Below, in pieces: positions 13,571-25,400 of a stretch of 64,000 nt of DNA. The stretch is from Phoronis australis. Lineage: Eukaryota > Animalia > Phoronida. Position numbers and translations under genes: made by a program. The notes beneath the pieces are model-generated. The model had not been told where the DNA came from. It made no database searches and saw only the letters and a program-made list of their open reading frames with translations. Location of the stretch: NCBI GenBank assembly GCA_002633005.1, contig NMRA01000279.1:321233-385232 (forward strand). The letters are read 5' to 3'. Position 1 is the first letter of the stretch; the number at the start of each line of letters is the position of its first letter.

Positions 13571-14857
13571 ACGCTTGATCAGTAGTCGCAGAAGAGAGAG
13601 GAGTGCTGTGACATGTGACTTCCAGATATGACATTCAGCCAGATAAAACCTCTCTAAATGCCAAGTGGTAATTGCCTCTTGGTTGTGAATCGTTTAGACG
13701 TTCGGCTCTCACACATGTATAACCCGTAGGCATAGGCTCAAGTCCCAGAGTTACTGAAATTTTCTACACAACAGTGACAGAGGGAACCAGTACTACTACT
13801 ACTTCTGATTGACTTTTGTCAGCTGAATACCTGCAGACATGGAATCAGCGGATTTTGACCCAATTTGACCATGAACATATTAAGTCTAAATCATGTGTGA
13901 CTGTTATTATGACAGACAGTATACTAAATAACTAGGTCGTGGACACTTCATCTTCATATTATATAACTTGATTTCAAAGAAGAGAAACACACCAACCTGA
14001 GTTATATTCTAGGGACGTATTGCTGCAAATAATAGACAAAATGTTAGATCGCCGATCAAAGAACATTGTTCTTTACCAGAGATTGATTGATAGACTACCT
14101 ACTCACTCTACTCAGTGACCAATGACCGGGCAGGCGTCGGGTCACTCGGCTGTCACTGTCCAGTTTCTAAATTATGTCATCATCTTGGCGGAAAACTACT
14201 ATTAGTCTCAGAATAACATGTTAGCTGGTTAGTGAAAACAGGCAGAAAAAGAGCAGATGTCGAGGAAAAACTCCTGATGAAACCTTGTAAATCAGATTAA
14301 CAGAAAGAATCGTGTCCTTACCATTCAAGAACCAAATTCAGACTGCGGACCGCTCAGCTGTTCTAGAACACAAGAATCACGTTGACCGTGCCTGCTTTGA
14401 CCTTTATGAAACCTTTTCGTGACGTCAAACTTATGACGCAACATTGACCTGTTTAACGAAATTGCCTTGCCAGTATTGCAATAGAAAATAAATAATAATA
14501 AATTAATATTATGCAGGCATTGAGAGACACGTTGAATGTTGGTGTTTTCTCAAACAAGTTTTCAGAAAGTTCGAAACTTTCATTGTAAATTTTGTACCAT
14601 ACATCAACTTCCGGTAAGGTCATGTGATATTATATTATGCTTTCGTACGAAACTGATCAGCTACAAAAACGACCACATAGGTGTAATTTTCTTGGTATCG
14701 CCAATGTGTATCGATAATTAAATCCAATGAGCTTGTCAGAAGTATTTATATCAGTCAGGTAAGTAAACGTGGACTCTAATATCAGTTAAAATTCACCGTG
14801 TTCAAAGTCAGTCTCGAACCTGATACTATAGTCATAGATGCCGGTGTGTGATACACA

Positions 14858-16240
14858 TAGTGTACCTAAATTATCGGATGGACCCTAAATATCGGACATT
14901 TCATAACATCTTACTTAAAGAATAATCTGTGGTAATTGTTTACAATATGACGGCATTGACCTACACACATGATTTTGGTATCGTTCGATTCCTCACAACA
15001 TTATCTTTCCAAAAATATATGAATTTATCCCCTATTGCTTTTCCTCTGTATTTTATCGTCGAATTGCGGTTCGCACTATTTCCCGGTTGACACGGCCATG
15101 TTAGCTCAACTAAAGATTACAGTGACACCTGTTGTTAATGAATGAAACGGCATCATCGATTCTGAATGGTGCTTGCCTGCGCGAGATTTCTCCTAAAGTT
15201 TTCCTGACATAATATGGAGGAACAAGTAGCAGCATTTCACCTGTTCCAATTTTTTTTATAATTGTGATCATTTGACCATTTTTCCACGAAATTGTCTGAA
15301 GTGATGCCAGTTCAACAACTTCCGCTGTTTTCGTGCTAACAGATGCGTACCAGGGTTACTATAGGATCGAATTAGAACCCTTGGCACCGTAACTCGGGCG
15401 GGGGATAGACGAGTCTCGGTCAATTTGACCTTATGAAAAGCGACGATATATGGAAGTCAGTAGATTAGTTAAGTTTTTGACTGCCAGGTGACTCCTTCCA
15501 TTCAACATGGCGGTATTACTACCGCGTACCGGGAAATAGTGCGAGCAGAAATTTCATGATAAAAGACGGGGTAGGAAGAATTTCTGTGTATTTTTGGAAA
15601 TATAACTTTGCAAGAAATCAAACGATACTAAAATCATATGTGTAAGTCAATGTCGTCATATTGTAAACAATTACCTAATCTGTGAATTAAATGACACCAA
15701 TTTTTGTTCCACTGTAATGCATTCAATGTCCGGCACCGTCTGGTTTTTTATAGCGTACTTGCCTCGTTTTGATTTCACTGAGAGAGGGTGCAATTTAGAC
15801 ACCCAAGTCGGCCTAAAATGGACAATTGCATAAATCGGTTATAAAAGTTGAAAACAAAATATTTTTCCTCAATGAAACCATCTCACTGAACTGACAATAT
15901 GTCACTGTTCCATTTTTTTATTTGTTTTTAAACTCAAGTCAAACCCTGACCGCGCACGTGCGGGTGTCATATCAAGAAGCCAAAGAGATACTAAAAGCTG
16001 CTATGAGTTTGCACGTGCTTTAGTCGTCTGCACTGATTCATCAAAACGACTTGGCGCCGTCATCAGATTTCATTTTATGGATAATTTTGTTGCTAATGGA
16101 CCTGTGTTCTAGCAGCATATACGTCAAAACACTCGAGCTGAAATTTGGCTACAAGGTGCCTGCGGCCATTACGTGGTTAGTCAGTTTTCCGCAGTCTGGT
16201 GTATGGGAAAACATGTTGTCCGATATTTAGGTTCTCCGAA
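14858..16240. mobile_element. Older TIR element (MITE) hosting the Merlin-like MITE
   Basis: CCTAAATATCGGACA at 14884-14898 and its reverse complement TGTCCGATATTTAGG at 16217-16231; outer ends degenerate. Confidence 0.45.
14931..15675. mobile_element. 745-bp MITE with long TIRs and 8-bp TSD (Merlin-like)
   Basis: TIR GGTAATTGTTTACAATATGAC... / ...GTCATATTGTAAACAATTACC with inverted similarity extending about 170 bp (CGCACTATTTCCCGGT / ACCGGGAAATAGTGCG); TAATCTGT duplicated at 14923-14930 and 15676-15683. GG termini with 8-9 bp TSD are Merlin hallmarks. Confidence 0.8.
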
Positions 16241-16795
16241 AGTTTGCTAGTTATGTTTTTTAAAGATCAGTCAGAACATAAATATGGCTTTCGGTGACAA
16301 GATATAGTAACAGAACAATTCTATAAAGGTAAACCTTTATTTCAGCAAAGAATTCACAACAATCCGGAGTATTTTCAATTATATATAATGCAAAATGTGC
16401 CAAAACGTACAGGGAAATGAAATAAGTTCCGATAACTTGTGACATATACGCAACCTAGGGCTAGGTGCCGGCAGCGAAGAACACTTGATAAAAGAATTGA
16501 GGGGGTGGGGGGGAGAAAGTTTTAAAGGTCACAGGCCTCCTCAGCTTCCAATCGTCTCCAATACACTACATTTAATACTTCAAGGTATGACACTCAGGAC
16601 TAGAAATTCAACGGATGCTTCGATTCAGCCGTCCATATCAAACACATAACTCAATTAATGTACACAAAACAGGGGTTCAACAAACCACGAGCAACTGTTC
16701 TTTCTTATAATACCATTCATGGTGTCCTGCTCCAGCGAGTTCGCAAGACATTTGTAGTCAAAGCACAAAAATGTTCCCAAAAAGTCCAGGCGTAC

Positions 16796-17337
16796 CTCAC
16801 ACTTTGATGGTTCGAGGTCAAGGACGGAACGGAAATTACCAATGAGTTACGGATGGACGGCTAAGTGTAGAGTTATCGACACCGTGACTTAACGTGACAA
16901 ACCGCCAATTTCACAATATGGCACACCAATATAAGTGATAAGCAGTCGAGTCTCCACCAGCCACATCACTGACATATCATCCAATCAGCGATCACTGTCA
17001 GGATCTTTGTCAGGACAATAACTGTGAATGAGCTTTTGTTTAGCGCACAACTCGCTCAAATGTAAGATTAATTTGTATGTTAGAACCGTTTAACTGCAAC
17101 TGCCACTGGATTGGGTTCCCTCAATTTTGTTTACTTCGATCACTGCCGGTTTAATAAACTGCAATTATTCAAGACAAAGGTGGTCGCCATACTACATAAC
17201 AGTAAACTGAGAGTGGTTTCCCATATTTCAACCAATGTTATGACGTCAGTTTCATTACTTTAACCAATGAGAAGCCATGTTAAGCAACTTCCGACAGTGC
17301 TACCTTTCATAGCAGTGTGAAAGATTGTAGATAATAG
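16796..17337. promoter_or_regulatory. Candidate bidirectional promoter between HIGD1A-like (-) and STK11IP (+)
   Basis: Several CCAAT boxes (about 16927, 16981, 17232, 17263), CRE TGACGTCA 17241-17248, ETS-like ACTTCCG about 17287; divergent splice donors GAG|gtacgc (- strand, 16796) and TAG|gtatag (+ strand, 17337). Confidence 0.4.
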
Positions 17338-19149
17338 GTATAGAAATGTTACAGCTCTAATTGAACCATGCGAAATTGCCCGAAAAATGCATCTGTGTGA
17401 TTACGTGTAACAAAATCTTTAAAACGATACCTGTGTTGTGCACTTACAACTAATAGTCATGGAGACATTGACAATCATGTTGTTTAAAAATCGGTTCCTT
17501 TTCTGCCATTACACATTTGCCACGCCAATGCCATTAGACGTGTCACACATTCTTCATTCAATTTTCATAAAACCTGATGCAACTTCGTTATTTGTCAACC
17601 AAATTAGAAAAAATAAGATAATTTGAAACTGAAAGCTGATCTTCACGTGCTGTTGCTGGTCCCATAGTCTCCCATATTCGTGATGTAATTAAAAGTAATT
17701 GAATAGCCTAATTAATGTAATTTTTCAACAAAGTATTACAAAAACATTTAAAACACTATAGCTAATCATCTTTATCAAAACAAGTTAGTACCAAACTGTA
17801 TTACAGGTCAATTATATAGTTTGATTAATATATTCCCATTTCAAGGTTGGTAGTACACGGTACGTTTTTCAAAGGGCTTTTCACTCGACCAGCATTCTCT
17901 TTTACTGCAAGTATTTTCTACATCAGCATTTCTTTTCCCACAAAGCTTTGCAAGACTTTCATGAACTTCATATGTAATGGTTTTATCTTGATTCATCAAT
18001 CTAATAATTTGGGATTACGTAGCCTGAACAGGAAGATAACGATTCACCCCCTCCCGTCAGTCGCCATTTTTGGTGCCCCATGGTAGATCGTGTCCCCCTG
18101 TCATCCATTTTTGTCCCGCTCCCTGCTCGGTGCGTTTGAGGGCATCCCAGAGACAAAATTTTACAAAGTAACTCAAAAATTTACTTCATGGTCATCCAAT
18201 AAATGGTCGGGCTCTAGGAACAACACACATTTCATTATTGAAATGAATGAGTATCACATTACTTGTCTGGAATCCATGACATATTAGGTGGCGCCACTGT
18301 ATTTTGTACCGTACATACGGGGAACGGTATTGTTTCGCTAAGATCGTTCACTCAGTATGCATTCCATGGACAATAAATACGAGAGTCCAGGGTTTCTAGT
18401 CGAGCATGCTTATTAGTAGTGCGTGAGCAGTCCCGTGGTGGAGAACTACGTAGTCGAGTAAATAAAACAATTTGTATGTTGCACTCTATGGGACCTGGCA
18501 GTAAAATGCCGATTTCTCTTCAAATGGCAAGTAAATGGCAAAACTGCTCTTGAAAGTAAATTTGTGCCAACAGTATGTGAATATTACGGTGTTGTTTGGA
18601 CACAGAAACTTACAATCATGCAATGACTTCTGTAGTTGCTATTTGAATGCGTGTTGGATTGTTTTTATAATTGGCGTCATGTATCGGCACGAATGATGCG
18701 TAACAAAGCGTGTAATTGCATATACTGTCAATTCTCACTAATTTCATACAAAAATAATTGCCACATTTTTCACTTTTCATGGGCTTGTAACATTCTTCTG
18801 AGTCAGTTAAGTTCATTTGTGAAATACGTTCTTGATAAATGATGAATTTGGTTGCAGGCACGACACTGTACTTTTTATTAGACAGCATCACTCTCTATGC
18901 TTGTATACAACTCCACCTGTTGTTTATGTTTATTTCACTGCTTGTTTCGCTGGATATATGATCATTTCACTTATTTCCTGATGATGAGACTTGTGGTCTT
19001 GAAATATAGCAACTATTTTAACTTGTTTGTCCGTTATGTCTCTTGGTGTATATTAAAATCTCACCAATTTAGGAAACAATATGGCCGACCAGGGAAGATT
19101 TGTTTTGTCATTTTTCCAAGAAAGATATGTAACACCAAATTAAATGGTT

Positions 19150-19270
19150 TTCCATGTTCAGGTCCTGTACCACAACTGTCATAGAACAAAGTTTTGAAAG
19201 ATTGTGAGCATTCACAACAAGGTTAGAAGCCTTTGACAAATGAAGAAAGAGCGTTTTTGGGAATTATTTT
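19150..19270 (+). repeat. Dispersed repeat fragment (second copy at about 48440-48560)
   Basis: Shared ...TGTACCA...TTTTGAAA..TGTGAGCATTCACAACAA...AAATGAAGAAAG....TTTTGG in both places. Confidence 0.6.
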
Positions 19271-19419
19271 TGTTCGAATTTGGTGAGATTTTACCGTGAG
19301 CTGTTTAACAAAAGGTACAGTCTTCCTTCAACCAAGTTTGTGTCATTGAAGGGCTGCTACCAAATTATACTGATGACTTAATTGCAGATCTGTTGGTAAC
19401 ATGTTACTGAAGTAATAAA

Positions 19420-22400
19420 ATGAATAGTCAGCTTGGAGACAAGGACAGGCGTGTGATTAAGGAGCTGGCTGTCCTCCTCCGCAGCAGTGGTATGTGCTTG
19501 TTACTTCTTTTGTTGTGAGAAATACTTGATTGCCGTAATGTTTGTAGCGTAACCACCTTCTGATTTGCTCTCGTTTTGCCCATGACAGTGAGTTTTTCCG
19601 TCAATGTGATGGCATGTATTAATACTTAAAAGTCCATGGAAACAATGAATAGTATATACATTGAATATACTTATATTGTTACGGTTATGTAGGACCATAG
19701 AAAAATTTTGAATTTTGGTCAAATTCCAGGGATATTCTTGATCAGGTTTGAACCTGTGCCCTTTGGGGAACCTGATGATGGAAAACTGGCTTTTTCCAAA
19801 AATTGTGCCCAACAGACTAAATGTAATTAAAGTAGTAACATATGAAGCAGAAACCCCATGAGCAATCGAAAAAAGAAGAGACTCATAGTCATGTAAAATT
19901 TGCATTTTTATTTAAAAATTCCATACAAAAAGCCAATCTGACATAGACTTCAAACAGACTGTTCAGGTGTGGCGGAGTAAAAATACACTGACTATAAAGT
20001 TGACTAGAATCTTGCATTTTTGTAAGAGTATTGTGTTTTAATAGATGCTCCTGAGGGGTGCACTGCTGCAATGTACTGGTGCCTTATTATTTTAAGCGCT
20101 AATGGCGCAAAGGCGCCGTCCAGGAATATCCCTGAAATTCCTATGAAACTGATAAGGTTCCATATAATCTTAACTTTCATATTCATTTGATGCTTTGGGC
20201 AAAAACCTGGATTGTCTCTTGGTTCTTCTAAACTCAGCTGATAGGATTCTCATCAAGAAATCCTTCCAGTTCCACAGTCACTGAAAAGAGGTCAAACCTG
20301 TATGGAGAAAATACATGTTTATATTGAATTTAAGCGTTAATTTTCACCTCTTTTTTAACTAGTACTTCACATCCGCATTACATTTCCTGTAATTCTGTTT
20401 GTTTTAGTTGACAAAATCCTGAGTGGCGAGAGTAAGTTATGTCTGACAACTGTCTCACTCACTTTGCTCAACGCTGGTTTCCAAGATGTCTACCAGGGTG
20501 ACTCACAGAATTCGTTTGAAGTGGTCACTCATAATCTTCCTGGTCAGTTGACCTTGGATGACCTGTTCTTTCTCTATGATGTCGTACAAAAGACCCTGTC
20601 TCTGAAGGTTTGTAGCCTATTAATATTTTGAGAACACAGTCTAGGCCACACACAAACCTTTTTAAGCGCCCACATATTTATGTTTGGACACATTATGTCA
20701 TGATCCTCCGTCCGTCCGTCTGGCATCCATCCGGCATTGGTCCGGCGTCCGCTGCTCTATCTCTAAAACGCTTTGACGTATGTTCATGAAATTTTGTACA
20801 TGTGTTCCTTGCAAGGATGGGACAGCATGAGCCAACTTTCGGACGGATCTGGCTGCCGGTGTGCCCCCTAGTGGTAATTTTATTTTTTACGTTTACCTCT
20901 GTATCTTCAAAGGTCCTCAACGTATTTTCATAAAACTTGACATGTAGGCATCTATTAGTGAGATGACACTATGCACCCGTTTTTGTATGGATTTGACATA
21001 ATTTGCACCCCTAGTGGTGATTTTTACCGTTTTCGAGTCTGTTTTTTGGCATCCACTCCTGTATCAACAAAACTGCTCTAACAATGACTGTGGAAATTGG
21101 CATGTATGCTTTTGCTATGAAGAGGACGACTGACAATGATTTTCCAACGACATCGACAACTGTGGCAGTTTTATTTTGCGCCCATGGCTGTGGGTTTACC
21201 CACTGTATGATCTTTATTGAATTTAGTAAGTGTAGTTATATGAAGCTAACGACAGACGACGGCTTTCAGGTGGATCCAACGAATGCTCTGCCTTGTAGTG
21301 GCAATTTCATCTTTTTCCATTTGAAGTTCCTTGACAGATTTTTATGAAATTTGTTAAATAGCTTTCTCTTAAAGAAGCAGTGACATGTTCCTTTTTTCTA
21401 ATGGATTCGATGTATCTGCGCCATGTAGTGGCCATTTTTATTCGTTGGCACATTTCAACGCTCCGCGTTGCTCTTGTTGTATGTAAAGAAATGTTAATCT
21501 TCAAAAAATTAGATGTTCTAGGGTAAACAGAATATCAGATACACCTAGGGCCAGGTTTCCCGTTGAGACATCTTGCAGAACTGGACGATGTTCCTCAGTC
21601 TTTGATGATTTAACTTACATTTGCAAGCAAACATTGTGCATTTTGATTCTTAAAAAATTGCAGACTGAGAACCAGAATGCGTTTTAGTTTTTGTGATATA
21701 TTCCATATTGCGATCAGAGAACTTACTCCAGATGTGCCAACAAGGCATAACATAAATCCAAATTACTATGCCATTGTTTCCGTTCAGTGCACAGCTGTTG
21801 ACACTAATTATCTTTTATTCAGACAATGTGATTATGTCACGCAAACATTTTTAAAACATCCTAGGTCTAGCAACATGACACCATTATTTAGAAGACTTGC
21901 CACAAAACTGGTCTTGTCTTTATTCATACTGGGATGAAAAAGATCAGACCATCCACACCGAAAAGCCAACTTTTTGAGCCTGGTTTTTAGCAATAATGAA
22001 CTCAACAGTTCTCCCCAAGGCCAGAAATCACCCCCGTTACAACACTGATCTAAATAAAAGGTTAGTTTTTTATTCTGACACAAGGCGGGTTCATTGAATT
22101 TTTTAATTATTACTGTTTTGTCTGTAGATCATTCACACGTCGACCACTCTGCAAGGCCGGGTGTCCATATCTGACTTCAGGTATCTGAGGACTCTTGAGA
22201 TCAAGAAGGCACCCATCCATTTGCTGCAGGGCTTTCAAAAAATCCGGTCCAAGCTGCACACCATCATATGTTCAAGGTCCCTCAATCATCTTCAAGTAAG
22301 TTTTCAGCTGGTGATGGTGAGAAGGTGCTTCCCAACACGGGAGACAACTACTGCCCAACATGGGAGATAACTGCTGCTGAACATGGGAGACACTAGAGAT

Positions 22401-25400
22401 TTGGGCTCGAATTCAAATGTCCCAACTCAAGCTCCATTTCTTTTTAATTAGATGTTTTCAGCTCTAATTTGGTACAAATTCAATATTAAAATACATTTAT
22501 TTGATTTAGTGTTACAATACATCGTGTCTTACCGACTCAGATGATTACTGAATGTAAGCTCCGAGTTTCTAACCACGAGAATCAAACAACAAACACCGAG
22601 TTCAAACTCAAAGTTTTTACTCAGAATTTTGAACCTATATTTCAAAATTGTTTCTCAATTGTTAGGATCCTCAACACCTGTCTAGTTTCATGTTTCATCT
22701 TGTAATTGACCTATGGCCAGGATTTTGAGTGACGGCTTAACTGACCAATCAGAACGCAGCATTCTTGACACACCTTCGTTTTTAAGCCGCCATTTTACCT
22801 GACAAACAACACATTGCTGGGTAAAACTTATTGTTTGTTTGTTGACATTTTGCAAGGGGGCGGAGCTTGCGATAGGTCAGTTGTTGAAAACATTCATAAA
22901 CTTATTCTATCTTTTGTCCAGGACTTGTTTGAAAGCTGCGGGGGTGACATGAGCGCGGCCATGTCTTGGTCTGAGTTGAGGGTTGCCATTCTATCATTCA
23001 ACTTTCTGCAGCATCTGGACTCCTCACTGGTGAGAATGGCTTGTGATCCCCTCACAGTCTTCATGGTCTATGTAGGCCAAGTTACTTGTGTCTGAAAATT
23101 TTTGAACAAATTAACCGTTATAGTCTATCATTTAAGGCATTTGCCACCTCACTTTTGAGGCAAGAGCTATCAATGAATTCACCTAGAAATTGGATTGTTA
23201 TATAGTTTTGACTGTTTGTCACAAATTTGTCTTTTTTTCTGAATTTTGGTCATGCAGTACCACTGTCTTTATTATTATTTAACATAATGTGTAAATGCTT
23301 GAGTTATAATAGTGCATTCACTGTGGAGCTTAATTCAAGCACGTCTGACAACCAAAACTTGGATTTTCATTAATGTTATCTCAAGGCAACTTACAGTCTT
23401 GTGACACTATGCGATGTGGCCAACAGGTGCCATGCAGAACAGACTTAAAATGGTTCCGTATGTGTCCCGGGACTTTGATGACATAATGTTACTCCATGCT
23501 TAGGTTTGTCCTTTGAGATGTGATGTTAAATTAACTGATACTGTCTCTGTGGTAACAAAATTCATCTGTGAATCAATTCTCATTCTGATAATGGGCTTCT
23601 CCTTTCTTGACCTTACAGCGCCTCTTACCCAAACTGGAAGTTATTGATCTCAGTCACAATTCTCTTCAGTCTACGGAATCGCACCTTGAGGTAAATTTAT
23701 GTTTGACATGCAGTCAAACTGCTGAATTTCAGATAGTTTTCTGAATTTTCTGTTGTGTTTGTCATTTGTAGAAAATTATACTGTTGGCATTTTTCTTTGC
23801 TAGTTTACTTTGTAGCCGGTGTCACTTATTCCATGGATCCCGACATTACAGACTGAAGACAATTTTGTTGATCATAATTTATGGTAAAAGAATTTTATGT
23901 GAATTCATATTAATTATGAATTCATGTTAATGGTGTCATATGGGACGAATGCTTGATAAAAATTCATATTAAACATTGGTAGTATTTATCATGGTTTGTC
24001 AATAATCTGTATAATTCATGATTATTTCTTATCACTAAGCAATGATAAATGATCAAAGGATGTTTTAAATGATGATCAGTCTGATATCAGATACATAATC
24101 ATTTATCGTCTACCCGATATATACTCATACCAACCAAAATTAGCATGTCATTTCTTCGTGATCAATTATCTTAAATTTTTACTTCATTCCATTAACTGAG
24201 TAGTCTGAGACTCTGACACTGAGAAACAGCTTTCTTATTTGTACCATTTGTTCTTATTTTTATCATTTGTTCTTATTTATACCATCTGTTCTTCTCTCAT
24301 CCAGTACCTGACGGATATAATTCACGTCAACCTCAGCTTCAACCTTCTGGAAGCACTACCCACGTTCTCCATCAGCTCCCGCCTTAAGTTGAAAACCTTG
24401 TTGTTGCGGGGTAACAACCTGGATACACTTGCAGGTTTGTCCTGATTGATGGTTTGTTAAAAACAATATAACTTGACAGACTATTTGAAACAGTCTTAAG
24501 GCGATGTGATTTGCTTCTCAAAAACTTACTCAATTTGTTAAACTTGTGCAAATTAAACTGCCTTGCTTATTAGTGATAGCAGTGTGTAGCACTCTTGAGT
24601 TTTTCAATAATTTTCTCCATGGTATTACAAGAAAAGCTAGAGTAATATGCTTCTTCTGGAATGTAACTGACATACTGATGGTATTATTGGAACACTTTCA
24701 AACACTGCTGTAGTAACAACTGCACCTTCTCAGCCGCTACATGGTGTCGTGCAATAAAATCATAATGTCTAGTACTCAGTAACTTGCTGTAAAGTCACAG
24801 TGTCTATTAAGGAGAGTGTTTGTCACTCTGTTCAGGCTGAAGTCCTAATATAGCTATATAACATTTGATTAACGTTATGTAGGACCCCAGAAAAATGTCC
24901 AATTTTGACCAAATTCAGAAAATCATATCTTAGATTTGACCGGTCAGATTCTTATGAAACTTTCAGATTCTATGCTCTATGCGGTGTTCTCCAAAATGTT
25001 CCACTTTTGCGTGAGGGGCTGTCTCAAAGTGGGACTGATTTTTATTAAAAAACTTTTAAGCAGCATAAAACTAAAACAAAGCGATAGTTTAGAAAACTGG
25101 AACAACTTTATTGAGATTTTATGTTGAACATTTATATCATATGAAATTTGCTTTTTATTGATCCTGTTTTGCTATGAATGTGCCTAATTTTTACTAAATT
25201 TTACTAAAAAAGCTTGGTCAGGTGACCTTATTAATGGCAGATTTGTAAAAAGTCAAAAATCAAATTCTGCAGATTTTCTACTTTGAAATTCATAAAATAT
25301 ATACTTTTGCGCAGAGTCAAATTCTTTAGTTTTGTACATATTTGGCTAAATGACTGTACAGTCTTGTCGATAAGGTCACATGTAACATTTTTTTTTTTTT

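Larger units (their letters stand above)
6961..14974. repeat. Tandem near-identical duplication (6961-10627 vs 11319-14974), probably two haplotypes assembled side by side
   Basis: Colinear copies with scattered SNPs and small indels (ORF track shows paired ORFs 7146/11597, 8820/13182); separated by the N gap at 11058-11318. Confidence 0.85.

Noticed and set aside
15950-17650. RCGTG hypoxia-response elements upstream of HIGD1
   Set aside because: Five-base motif expected by chance at this frequency, and several copies lie in transposon sequence.
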